The translations under genes and the position numbers were made by a program. Positions 30,001 through 45,000 of a stretch of 64,000 nt of DNA are shown here, piece by piece. A model generated the notes under the pieces. The model ran no database searches, was not told the origin of the DNA, and worked only from the letters and a program-made list of their open reading frames with translations. The first letter of the stretch is position 1; each line of letters opens with the position of its first letter. Origin of the DNA: Eledone cirrhosa (taxonomy: Eukaryota); the NCBI GenBank assembly GCA_964016885.1, contig OZ024746.1, positions 95,790,001-95,854,000 of the forward strand. The letters run 5' to 3'.

Positions 30001-33000
30001 TTAACTAAACCAATAAGTAATATTACATTAGTTGAAGAAAAAGTTGATACAACTGAAATCAAAACATTCATAGTGAGATTAGTATCAAGAGAAACTAGTA
30101 AACCAAACCTTACATCCCCTACTATAACAACTGGTTATTCCAAACAAACTGATATTATTGATACTTATGTATCTCACATTTTTAGTACTGAAACTGTTTC
30201 TATGCCACTAATAACTACCTTGATGACTAAGGAAACATATTCCACCCCAGAGCAAGTTAGTATTTCTCAAACAAGAATGATATATCCAAGTGAGTTCAAA
30301 TTGGTTCAATTATCATCAAATAAGACGTTAAAAACCCCTGACATTATTTCCAGTATAGAAATTACAACTTTAGGGAAAGAAATCAGCATTTTGATGAGCA
30401 GAAGAAATTTTACATATTCCTCAAGGCATAGATCATTAAAATTAAAACCTACAACAATTCCATTTTCCTCAATGAAAAGGGTTTCAAAGAGTCAAATTAT
30501 TCCTTCTAAGAAACCCTCACTGAGAACAAAGCAGATACCTTTTATAACAACAGTAATTTATTTACCCAAACTAAAAAATGTTTCAAAGATATTTGAAATT
30601 ATTGTCACATCTACCATTAATAATGAAATACTTCAAGACAGAATAGATCAATATTTGTACACTTTCAATATTACAAAACTTCCAACTGTGGTTTTACAAA
30701 ACAATTTAACAACACCTACTATGGCATATAGTAAATCACATATTTCATCTAGTTTGCTTTCAACATTTTTTACCAGACAAGAAAAACAGACAAAGTTAAT
30801 AGACTTAAGAAGTGGGAAAACAATTGAAATGACTGAAACTGAATTATCGAAAGTTCTACATAAATCTCATTTATCAAGGAAATTTGTTGATGATTTTGTT
30901 TCTACTCAAAAATATTTTATTTATTTAGCAGAAAATACTACAATTGTTTCATATATCTTTAACGTAACTGATGAACACCCAACCAGTGTGAAACAAGACT
31001 CTTTATGGAAAATAAGAAGCAAGATAAAATTTCCATTAGAAACACACACAGATATTTCAACCAGCTATAAACAAGAGATTCATGAACAATCTTTTAAAAC
31101 TGAATCTATAAGATATCTTCCATCTAAAATACATAAAACAGAATTGGATTTTAGATATTTTGATAGTACAAAAATGTATCCCTCAACAAAATTATTTTTT
31201 CTCAGACCTCAGCCTACAACTAAAACAGAATTATTAGAAAGTCAACCTGATATCATTCAGATACAAGACATATATACAGATTCACCTCCTACTGTTCTAC
31301 CCATCCAAATAAGTAGTGAAACGGATAAACTAAAACAAATGTTTACTGTTTCATACATGTCCAGCATTAATATACATTTGTCTACATCAACAGCAGGTAT
31401 TAAACTAACTCCAGTTAAGACATATCAGACGTCAATCATCGAAATAGGATTTTTAACAAAACTTCTCAAATCAACTAGTGTTATGAGTACATCCCAGACA
31501 TTGCAATCAACAATTAGTGATATGATAGATAGCCACACTTCAGCTGCTATACCTATTATAATGGTCAGTCCAGCTACTAACACATATTCATCAATTACAT
31601 TACCACCACTGAGGGATAAGAAATACACAAGTAGACAACCATTCCAAAGCATAGCTTCATCTTTAATGCAAACAAAATTATTGAGCGATGGTTTGACAAT
31701 AAGCTTTATGGAATTTAAAACACCCAGAGATATATTGACCAAAGAGATAGCTATTACATCTATTGAAGACAGCAGTGGATTAACTAAACAAACATTTTCT
31801 AGTCATTTAATTGATGTACCTTCATTAAGTAGGTTTCAAATTTATGCCAGTGAGTTGCTAGCTCATACAACAATTAAAACAATTTATAAGTCTTTTGATG
31901 AGGAAGGTCCCACTAAAATGCTTACATATGAAACATTTTCAAAGCCAATTCACAGCCAATCTATGATTGATGACATACTTATGTGGAGCAAGGGTGTAGG
32001 TGTATTTCAAACTTCAGATATAACATTGACTGCTAAACTAAGATTAAAATCTACTCAAAAAATATACATTAAACCAATTCTAAAGAATACCACTGATAAA
32101 GAACTTCTATCTTCATTTATTGTTACGTCAGTTTTTTCAGAAGGACTTTTTGTATCATTTAATGATACTGTCCAATTTAATGATTCTAATTTAATGTATG
32201 TTATTACAACTATCAAAGTTCTCCCAGAAAGTTATGCTAGATCATCATTACCTTTTCATCACAGCATCAAAGGAAACACAACGATTGTAGAAATAGAGAC
32301 AGAGAGGGAAAAGACATTTTCGAAAATGTTGATTTTAAATGACTTTCCTTTAAGCACATCTACTAGAATCAAGAAAATAACACCAAGTGTAATGGTCACA
32401 GAAAAACTTGAACCTACGCAGTTTTTTAATGTATCACATGAAAAGTATTCCCAGGCCTTTGTTTTATCTCTAAGTAATATATCATTTGAGAATCAAACAA
32501 CATCTACTGTTGGGGAAAAAGGAACTCTGTACAAACACTATAAATTAAGTTATATCACACAAACAAATATATTAGCTGTTAAAAGAATGAATAGAAGTGA
32601 AATATACTTCAGTAAAGGAAGCACTGCAAAAACATACTCAACTACAAAGACATGGCCTGATATTTTATATGTTTCAACTAACGTTTCAAAGCCACTCACA
32701 ATATCATTTGTACATTTGAAATTCAAAAGTGTATTGAGTACTTCAACTGATACATCTGAACTACAGTCACTTCAGTCTATCACAGATTGGCCAGAGCTTT
32801 CATCATCAACTGTGATCTCTAGAGAAGCATTTACAATTATAACATCTATGGCATTCCAAACATCTCCAACTATAATCTTTAAATCACAGTTTACATCAAC
32901 AACTGTGGATTTTGTGATACAATATACATTACCAATGATAACATATAAAACTGTATCAACATCACTAGTTATGACTTCTACAAAACAAATTGACCTAGTG

Positions 33001-36000
33001 ACTATAACCTCTACAACACTGATTATATCAACTTTAACTCCAGCCAGATATATTACATCACCATTTAGGATCATTAAAGGACTATCCTCCATACCACTAA
33101 TTAGGACGTCTGTGGTACATACAACACCAAATATCACCTATAGCTATACAATACAGCCTACAACATCATGTGTGACTCCTAAAATAAAGACTACACCATC
33201 ATCGATGGCATCTATTACTCAAAGTATGATATTAACTAAACACTTGACAATATCATCAATGTTGAGCCTACACACAGAAATTATATCAGTAACTGTAACA
33301 TCTTTTATACAGTCCAGACATCCAACTATGACCCCGGTAACACAGTCTAAACCATTAGCTATGACCCTGGTAACACAGTCTAAACCATTAGCTATGACCC
33401 CTGCAACACAATCTATATCCCTAGCTATAACTCCTGTAACAGAATCTATATCACCAACTATGACCCTTGTAATACAGTCTAAATCACCAGCTATGGCCCC
33501 TGTAACACAGACTAAATCACTAACTATGACCCCAGTTACACAATCTAAAGCAGCTATGACCCTTGTAACACAGACTAAATCACCAACTATGACCCCTGTA
33601 ACACAGTCTAAATCAGCTATTACCTCTGTAACACAGACTAAATCACTACTTATGACCCCTGTAACACAGACTAAATCACTACTTATGACCCCTGTAACAC
33701 AATCTATATCAGTAACTATGACCCCTGTAACACAGTCAAAATCACTAATTATGGCTCCAGTAACAGAAACTGTATCACTAATTATGACCCCTGTAACAGA
33801 ATCTGTATCACTGATAGTGACCCCTGTAACAGAATCGGTATCACTATCTGTGACCCCTGTAACACAGTCTATATCACTAATTATGACCCCTGTAATAACA
33901 TCTGTATCACTGACAGTTACTCCTGTAACACAGACTAAATCATTAACTATAACCCCTGTAACAGAATTTGTATCACCAGCTATGACCCCTGTAACACAGT
34001 CTGTATCACTAATTATGACCCCTGTAACAGAATCTCTATCATTAAATATGACCCCTGTAACAGAATCTTTATCATTAACTATGACCCCTGTAACAGAATC
34101 TCTATCATTAATTATGACCTCTGTAACAGAATATCTATCACTAGCTATGACCCCTGTAACAGAATCTGTATCACTGACAGTCACCCCTGTAACAGAATCT
34201 GTATCACTAACTATGACCCCTGTAACAGAATCTGTAACACTGACTAAGTCTCCTATACTTTTGTCAAGATCACTAACTGTGACATTGAAAACACCACCAA
34301 CTAGGATTATTAAAGCACAATTGACATCACTAACTACTACTTTATTAATACAGACAAGATCAGAAATTGTGCCCTATACAAGACAGTTTGTTCAGTCGAC
34401 TCTGACAATTCCTCTTCTTCTATCAGGAACTACACCATTAACCACAAAGAAAATATCTGTTTATTCATCACCTCAGATATTACAACAGTTGATAACAAGT
34501 GATACTTTTAGTCAGATATACCATAGTGATGCTCAACATTTACTGACTTCATTACAAACAACACATCCCTACTCTGATGCAGCAATAACCACTAGAATAA
34601 TAACTAAAGTATTTGATGAAACATTGAAAACTCTGTCATCAGACAAAATGTCTAACTGGGTTACCTCAACAATTACAGGGAAAATAATTGATGATTATAG
34701 TACAATGACAAGTATTATAGATGTAAGTCTTATGAAAATCATTATCAGCAAAGAAGTTAATGAAACAACTACAAAAGACACTGTTAGTTTCCCATATTAT
34801 CTCTATACTAGACATATATTTAATATAACTGCTGCCAGCAAAAAATCCACAGAAATATATGTAGGCACCACAAAATCTATTAAAATACCCCAAATACTCA
34901 AAGCTACTGAAAAAATGGCTGGAGATTTTAATGAAATTCAAATCAATATGTTTGTGGCAACATTCACAATTGGTGTCTTATTTGATGGGCTAAAATTAAA
35001 AGAATTTACTGAATTACTTTCCAAGGAATCTTCAACATTTTTATCATTACCTAAAGGTTTAACTCACACAACTACCCCCTTTACAATACTTACATCTCTT
35101 GACAGAAATATAACTGTGGACATGACTGATGTTAGTTACCATAGGAAGCAGGTTTTAATTTCTGAAGATCTGGGGGTTACTAGTGTTGTGAATTTCACTG
35201 ATACAAGAGGTTCTTCTATGATTATAACACTGACTCCATTACGTGACTATTTTATAAGTACTTCTGGAATAATTGATGCTTCTTGGTTTTCACTGACTGA
35301 GACAACAAAAAATATAACAGATTACATTACAACAACATTTACAACAATTCAAACAACTTCTTCAGAATTGTATACAACAAGTTATATAACTAAAGATATT
35401 TCAATAGCAAAATGGCTGGATATGATAACAGATCATCTATTTATAACTTATTCAAACACAACTACTAAAGTTGAACATTTAATAGGACCAACAACTTCAT
35501 ACAGCAAAGGTATTAATGGAACAAAAACATTCATAGAATTAAAATCCTCAAAATATCCAGAAGCTTTATCATCTTTTCCTCATTTGACTGTGCATGTCAT
35601 AGATGAAGACATTGAATCAACTACTAATACTACTACATATAGTACTGAAAGATATACAATTATTGTGATACCATCAACTGCTGCCACTACACACAGTGTT
35701 GGGGGACATATAATTATTGAGATACCATCAGCTACTACCATTACACATAGTACTGAAAACTATACAGTTATTGGAATACCATCAGCAGCATCAACAATTC
35801 AAATTCAAAAATCCCCCAAAATGCTCACTCTTAAAAAGAAAACTTCATTTATCACAGATATAGATATTAAATCATTAACTACACATCTTTCAGTTCTTCC
35901 AAAATTTTTCACTGATAAATTTTCAGAAAAATACAATTATACTATGAAAGACGACGGTAAAATATTGACAAGTATTTCAACTGAAATATTTGATATTAAA

Positions 36001-39000
36001 AATATTTCTGAGAAGTCCCCAGAAAATACGACTGACTTCATATATATTATGGTTCAAGATTTCACGCAAAGAGTTCAATACAAAACAACTGGTGATGATA
36101 AAAAATTTCAAATAGAAATTTATGAAACTTCTACCAGAACCAGGAAAAGAGATATTTACATAAATAAAACAGATATAGAGGATGGATATATTTATATAGA
36201 TACTACTTCTATGCTTTTAAAAGAGATTGAAGAATCAACTATTGATTCTGTAACTACTGCTCTCATACAACATGATAGTGTATTATTTAATGTGTATACA
36301 ACATATATGGGTAATACTACTACTACCAGTGTTTACAGTAGACACACTTTTATTGATTATCCAAACATATATTATAGACCATTTAAAACCAGTACAATAG
36401 ATACAACAGTACTATATACATACTTTAAAGATATATCATCAAAAAGCAGGGATATATGTTTGGAGGGGAGTAAAGTATCTGGCTGTGTTGAAACTCAACT
36501 AGGGGATTTAAAAACTACAAGTCAAAAAGAAGACCAACGAATGATTAAAGAAATACTAATACCAAAAATTGATAGCTCAAGTAAAACATTAACAATAGCT
36601 TCCCCAACTGTATGGAAACATCAAAATGATTCTGTAAAATTGTATGAAACTGTGACTAGTCTTACAGCAGAGTTCAAAAGTTCACCTGATATACTTCCAG
36701 CCTTATCAAGTAGAGGTACAAGTTTAGACACATTTATTAATCTTACAAAACACTTTCATGTCAAAAGTACAACAGAAGGTTTTGTAAAAGAAATTATGCT
36801 GAGTGACAGACCTGATGACAGTCGACAATATTTTCTTGTTACTGAGATTCAGTTTATGGTTCCCAGTCAATCTAGCAAAATACCAATAAAAAGAACAGTT
36901 CCTGGCCAGACTATCAAAATATCAATAGAAACAGTGACTTCTGTTAAGATAATAAAAGTGCCAATGAAAACTGTAAGTCCTAGCCAATCTATGAAAGTAA
37001 TTAGAAAAACAATAACATCAGATCTATTTATCATAAAAACAGTGGCCCCTAGTCAGTCTATGGAGGTAGAAACACAAACAGTGGCCCCTAGTCAGTCTAT
37101 GGAGGAAGGGGCACAAACACTGGACCCCAGTCAATCTATGGAGAAAGGGACACAAACACTGGCCTCCAGTCATTCTATGGAGAAAGGGACACAAACAATG
37201 GCCTCTAGTCAATCTATGGAGGTAGAAACACAATCTGAGGCCTCCAGTCAATTTATGGAAGAAGGAACACAATCTGAGACCTCCAGTCATTTTATGGAGG
37301 TAGAAACACAAACAGTGACCTCCAGTCAATCTATGGAGGAAGGTACACAAACAATGGCGCCCAGTCAATCTATGGAGGTAGAAACAGTAGCCTCCAGTCA
37401 ATCGATGGAGGAGGAAGGGACACAAACAGTGGCCCCTCGTCAGTCTATGGAGGAAGGGGCACAAACACTGGACCCCAGTCAATCTATGGAGAAAGGGACA
37501 CAAACACTGGCCTCCAGTCATTCTATGGAGAAAGGGACACAAACAATGGCCTCCAGTCAATCTATGGAGGTAGAAACACAATCTGAGGCCTCCAGTCAAT
37601 TTATGGAAGAAGGAACACAATCTGAGACCTCCAGTCATTTTATGGAGGTAGAAACACAAACAGTGACCTCCAGTCAATCTATGGAGAAAGGGACACAAAC
37701 AATGGCGCCCAGTCAATCTATGGAGGTAGAAACAGTAGCCTCCAGTCAATCGATGGAGGAGGAAGGGACACAAACAGTGGCCCCTCGTCAGTCAATGGAG
37801 GAAGGGACACAGACAGTGGCCTCCAGTCATTCTATAGAGGAAGGAACACAAACAGTGGCCTCCAGTCAATCTATGGAGGAAGTAACACAAACACTGGCCT
37901 CCAGTCAATCTATGGAGGAAGGGACACAAACAGTGGCCTCCAGTCATTCTATGGAGGAAGGAACACAAACAGTGGCCTCCAGTCAATCTATGGAGGAAGG
38001 GACACAAACAGTGGCCTCCAGTCAATCTATGGAGGAAGGGACACAAACAGTGGCCTCCAGTCAATCTATGGAGGAAGGGACACAAACACTGGCCTCCAGT
38101 CATTCTATGGAGGAAGGAACACAAACAGTGGCCTCCAGTCAATCTATGGAGGAAGGGACACAAACAGTGGCCTCCAGTCAATTTATGGAGGAAGGGACAC
38201 AAACAGTGGCCTCCAGTCAATCTATGGAGGAAGGGACACAAGCAGTGGCCTCCAGTCATTCTATGGAGGAAGTAACACAAACACTGGCCTCCAGTCAATC
38301 TATGGAGGAAGGGACACAAACAGTGGCCTCCAGTCATTCTATGGAGGAAGTAACACAAAGGTCTGTTAAATCTAGGAAAGTATTTCCAGCCTTTGAAACA
38401 GAAACCCCTGCACTAACTTCTATCATAGAAATTATTCAGAGAGTAGATGTTCCCTCTCATGAGACAATACTTGATGAATTTGGTATTTCCTATTTCTCAA
38501 AGACCATTGTCTCTGATAATCCTCTGTTTAAAACAAGTTCCCAACAGACAGAAAATGTGACAGAGTTTGAAATAATGAAGATTCATTTGGATTATAAATC
38601 AACTGAAATGTTAACAAAGTCAGCAATACATACTGATATATTATATGACAAAATCTCTAGAATGGTATCCACATATGGCCTGACCACCCCAGATACAACT
38701 GGTGGTACCATACCAATAATAAGACTTAGCTATTTTGAAGAGATTTCAAATACTACTGTATATGCAATTGATGAAATATTATATAAAGATTTGAAGTCAG
38801 AAATAAAAGATTATCAGTCAAAAGCTTCTACTTCTGTAGCTGTTGATTATCCTGTGAGAAATATATCTCTGTATACCTTGCAAATAACGTTTGATAAGAA
38901 AGCAGTAACAGATACATTATCACCTTTCAGCCAACACCATAAACGATTTACAAGTGCTGTAGTGTTGGTAGTTGTCACTCCAGACTTTAAAAGATCTATG

Positions 39001-42000
39001 GAAACTATCAAACTTACTTCAAATATCAGCCTGATAACAATAGCACCAAGTGCTACTTTGTATAAGAACTTAACAAGTCACACTAGTGAAAGTATTAAAA
39101 CTTTGGAAAAAGATATTAGAACGGATTTCCTTGACATTGAATATATGTTGCCAATAAGTACTGAAAATATTGTTAGTAGAGTTATAACAATTGACATAAG
39201 TTCTGAATATTCAACAGTTATACCTAAAGGGTTAATAGAATCATCAACTAATACAATAGCATATGAAATAATATCCAAATATGTATTTGGATTAAAAACC
39301 TCTAATGATACAGATTACTATATAGCTTTTGGAGATGCTGTGAGTGTAATCTTTGAAAAGATGGAAATTACAACTTATCAAACTTTACCAGAAATAATAA
39401 AAACTGTTAGACAAGTAACCACATTGACATATGACAAATCTGATCCAGGGTTAATAAAGGATTTAATATTATTATCAACAAGCAAAGAATTCATTTCAAA
39501 GAGTAAAACAAAAGTATTATTAAGCTATTTTGGGGGGAGAGATGTAACTACAGAAAGCCAGCAATTCGTTGGAAAGACAGATAGTGTTTTACTATATGAC
39601 CAGGTTTCAAAATACGTGAAACCACATTCTATCTCTAAAGACATGTACTTTGACAGCAGATTTTATAAAATATTAAGTGTCTCTACAACAGTCACAGATT
39701 TACTGACAGATATCAAACATATAGTAGTGCCAACAGATTATAGATTAAGAAATAGAACAAGTTTTGATTCACTACTCATTAGTAAACTGGCAGATAAAGA
39801 TGTCGAAGAATACATAAGTACTGACAGAGATTTGATACTGTTGCACACTGTTGTAACAGAACACTCATTATTTTCCACTCAATATAAAAAGCTAACACAT
39901 GAAAGTCTATTTGACAGTATTCTCACATATAAATATCCAATCACAAAGAAAGAAATTATCAAAGAGATTATCAAAGATCTAACCATGTCCAGTCATTCTT
40001 CTGATTCAGTGATAACTGATATCATAACAGCAAAAGATGTAATTTATAGATCATATGAAACATCAACAAGAGATTTCAGTCATTTAGGAAAGAAATACCT
40101 TCACATTAATGACTCTTCTTTTTCCCTGGCAACCTCTCATTTCACAAAAGTGTTTAGCTATGGCAGAATACCAACGACCATAACTTTGTTAGTTATTCTA
40201 AAATCTACAACACCTACAAATATGACAATGATGCCATATATAACAACACGAAAAACAGCTAAACAATTTACTACTTTATTCACTGGAAATCTTACAAGGA
40301 TTAGATTATTATCAGATATGGTCACAACAAAGAATTATACAGAGGGAGTTATAGGCAAAATTTCAAGAGTAACTGTTGTTACTGAGACATTCCTGCAAGA
40401 TGATATTAAAGTTAGCATGAAATATCTGATACCAGCAAGTGTATCAACTAGTCATTCATATACAGTGTATCTAAGTATTACAGAATCAACAATAATTCCT
40501 GAAAGCCAATCAGTTAGTGATTCCTCTGAATTCTATCCAACATTAAGAACACCAGTGCTAATTTCTGCTATAGTCCCAGAACACCCAATATACCCTTCAC
40601 TATCTTTCCCTACCTCTCATATTAATGTAACAACAGCTAGTTTAAAGAGTGATATGTCTAAAGGTGATTCTTTATTTAAAGCATTACTGAAATCTGTCCA
40701 AACAACATTCGTACCTCTTAGACAACCCCAGCAACAATCTACTTCAGAAAGACCAGCAACAAAAATGATAAAATCCTTATATTCTGGGGTCAACATATCA
40801 ACTGATTCTTCTATGATATTTGATTACAAAACATTAAGTTTTAATAAAACATTAGAGACCAGTGATAAAGACCATCACAGAATATTAACCTATGACATTT
40901 TGCATAAATTTACTGGGTTTAGTACAGAGAAATATATTGATCAACAAACTCAGGAAGCTATACAAGTAAATATTACAAAAGAAGTGTCGGAAGTATCAGT
41001 TCTTTGGTATATAACATCTAGTACCTCATCAACAGAAAGTTCTATGGTTGATATAATTACACATTCCTCTATGATCAGAAAAATATTGAAAATGTCAAGC
41101 ACCATATATCCAGCTCAAAGTACACGGAGCTATACAATAATGCCTTCTGTAGCTTCAGTTGATGAAATGTCTGAAATAGATAATAAAACCCTGTTAGAAA
41201 AATTAGTTAAAGAAGTTAAACTGATGGTAGCAACAGCCTCTACAGAAATATTATCTAGTGTTGATACTTATGACTATACACTATTTGAAATCACTACTGA
41301 CCACTCAGTTAAACAGTTTGTAGTTAGTAAAACTAAAAGTAAGATTATTGATGACATCATCACAAAAGCTGAAGATGAAAGTGCTTATACTACCACAAGT
41401 GTCCCTAGGAAAGTATCATATATTGGTGTCTTGACAAAATATTTTAAACCTCATCAACAATCTCCAATACAAATCTTTCAAAAGGGTTTGTTTATAAATA
41501 CATCATCAGAAAATAAAACTTATAGTATATTTGTTGCCTTATCAACTATAAGTCAACATAAAGATACATTTAAAATAAGTGACACTATCCAAATTGATTT
41601 TCTACAAACTCAGACTGATACTTTATCAACAACATTTTTTCCAATCTTTGCTCAATACATAGAAACAGCAAGCCCTGAAATAACATTAATGATCATTCCA
41701 GAACTATTGTCAACCAAGGTTTACAAACAATTAAGCAGTGATATTGTAAAAAGTCTCCAACCAACAGATATTGTTATGACAACAATACTATCTCTGGCAA
41801 CTCTGGAAACCAAGAGTTTAATAAAAATTAACTTTACTGCTGACATAGTAGGTCATAAAAATGTATCATATGTAGATAAGTACTCGGTATCACAGACCAA
41901 ATATCTTTTTCTTAAATCAATGGAAGCTTTTATTGTAACAACATCATTGGTTATAGAAGGGAAAACATTTGGCATGACAACAGTTGAAATGATACCATAC

Positions 42001-45000
42001 CAATATTATAGAGATGAAGTAACATTAGTTGATATCACCACCACAATTCAAATGATATCATTGACATCTTATTCTGATATTTCTACAACCAAAATATCAT
42101 CACACTATTACACAGATAAAAAGGAAATATTTAATATTACTAGAATCCAAATGATACTACCTAAATATGAAGTGACATTTACTGAAAGCAACTATAGTAT
42201 AACTACTGTAGTGTCTACTATGAGAAGTATTAATATCTCACAAAGTGAAAAGACCCAGACAACAGATAGATCCCGCATCATTAAATCTTCTGTTTTACCA
42301 ACTTTCAGCAAAATTTTTAAAAGACTCAGACTCACTTCAACTAAATTTATGATAACCAGTAGTACAGAATCACCAAAACCATTTGTTCTAGGCAGTGTCA
42401 TAACGTTGATAATTAATACAGTGATACCACTGACATTTTCAACTGAGCCTAAGTTTGAGTCTGAGCCAGAAATGATATATAATGTAAGTAGAGTGTTTAT
42501 AGAAGTACCAGATGTTGCAACATTTCAACAAGAATCACTGAGTGCTGCTACCATAAGTGACAAAAAATTATTTCACGCAATAGAAAGGTCTACCTATAAA
42601 TCTACTGCAAAAATATTTACTACTCTTTTACAAAGATCTGTTTTACCAACAAGGGAGATCATAACACTCTTGAGAGAAAAATGTGTGACTAGTGTAACAA
42701 AAGAAAAAAGACTTGATTATATAACACATGATATACAAAGAGCAGTTAGTATCAATGTAACAACTGCATCAATGGCTACTGACTTATCAACAAAGCTAAC
42801 TAGTTCACTGACTACTGATGATATTTTAACTGGAATATTAGTCACTGACTTTGTAACAGGGTCAACTCAAATTGTGATACCTGGATCAATGTTAACTGAA
42901 GCTAGAAGAAAATCAGTAGCTACTGATATAACAGACAGATTATTTGCTAGTGACCTAATAAGTAAATCAATCATTACTGATTTAATAGTTAAATCACAGG
43001 TTACTGATATAATAACTGAATCAAAGGTTTCTGATTTCATAATCACTGGCTCAATGGCTGATGAAATAACAAGATCTGAAGTGTCTGATTTAATCCCAGT
43101 TTCAATGTCTACTCACATAATTACATTACAATATACTACTGATATAATCTCAGCTTCAATGCCAGTTAACATAACTACTATTAACTTAATACCTGAACTG
43201 AAAGCTACTGACATATCTAGTTCAATTTCTTCTGACACAACTGGATCAATGGATACTGGATTACCAGAAGTTACCATTTATCATATATTGAATATGTCTG
43301 ATATCCTTAATGTTACAGAAATGTATTTAATTTCTATTGATATTGTAGTTACAGAGTCAGTGTTTCCCAAGAAACAATCAGAATTCATTGGTGCTGAAGA
43401 TATTAAAGCTTTAGTGCTCTACGATGGCTCAAGTACTGGGTCAATTGCTAAAAGTGACAATATAAGTTTAAAGGTTATATCGTCTGTAAGATTCAAACCT
43501 ATAGTCTATGGTGATACAACAATAGGACCAACATGGAGTTATGCAATAATGAAATCCATAATGACTGGTTCTACTCCCTTTGCTCATGTTACAAGAGAAT
43601 CTTTTGAATATGATGACATGAAAATCCAAACTGATTCTAGTGACATGTCTAGAGACTTTTATGATTTAACAACAGAATCTGTAACTGTGGAATTTATAAT
43701 CTCTGATAAAGTAATGACAAGAGGAATCACTGCTGATGTCAAAATTATTGAATCTGAACTCCCAGGCGATATATCGATACAGGTTTTAGTCTCTGATGAT
43801 GTAAGAAAGGAATCTACAATATTTTATGAAACAAAAAAAGAAATGACTATTGTTAAGGATGGAACAAAGCCATCTGATGAGTTAACAACAAAATCTAGTC
43901 TTCCTGGTAATGTAACAATGGACCCCAGCATTTCCTATATACTCACAGAAACATCAACCTTTACTGATGGCATAAGAAAAGAATATACTCATACCATTTC
44001 TGAAGATGTAAGAAAAACATTTCTTAGCTTTGACAATTTAATGACATTTACTACCCCTGGGTATGTAACATTCAACTATATAGCTTCTGACAATACAACA
44101 ATATTTTATACAGGTTTTGACCTTATAACAATAGAATATAGAGTATTTGGTGATGGAACAATTCATCATTTAAAACTCAGGTCTGAACTTTATAATGTTA
44201 GTACAATTAAATATATTGATTCTGATGAAGTAAAAATGAAGCATATAGTTTCTGATAATTTAACAATTTCACCATTAGTTTCTGCTAAGGTATTAACAGA
44301 TTTTATCCCACCTGAATATTATATAACAATAGAATCTATTATCTCAGATTATGGGAAAATCAGATCTATATTCTTTGGTGATCTATCTATGAGACCTACA
44401 GATTCTGACAATACAACTCAAACATCTATACTATCTGATGAAGTGATAACTAGACTAATTATTCCAGATGAAAAGATCTTGGGATCTGATCACATATTAA
44501 TGGAATCTACTGTCCCTAGTGAAGTAAAACCCAGAACTACTGTCCCTAGTCATGTAAAACCCAGGACTATTGTCTCTGATGAGGTAAAACCCAGGTCTAC
44601 TGTCTCTGATGAGGTAAAACCCAGGACTACTGTCCCTGATGAGGTAAAACACAGGACTACTGTCTCTGATGAGGTAAAACCCAGGACTATTGTCTCTGAT
44701 GAGGTAAAACCCAGGACTATTGTCTCTGGTGAGGTAAAACCCAGGACTACTGTCTCTGATGAGGTAAAACCCAGGACTATTGTCTCTGATGAGGTAAAAC
44801 CCAGGACTACTGTCTCTGATGAGGTAAAACCCAGGACTACTGTCCCTGATGAGGTAAAACCCAGGACTACTGTCTTTGATGAGGTAAAACCCAGGACTAT
44901 TGTCTCTGATGAGGTAAAACCCAGGATTACTGTCTTTGATGAGGTAAAACCCAGGACTATTGTCTCTGATAAGGTAAAACCCAGGACTATTGTCTCTGAT

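Noticed and set aside
36136-36150. RTRKR as a furin site
   Set aside because: P4 is Thr, so it does not fit R-x-K/R-R, and basic clusters are expected by chance in Lys-rich spacers.
36457-36486. C-x8-C pair as a CysD or EGF-like domain
   Set aside because: Only two Cys and no further domain pattern.
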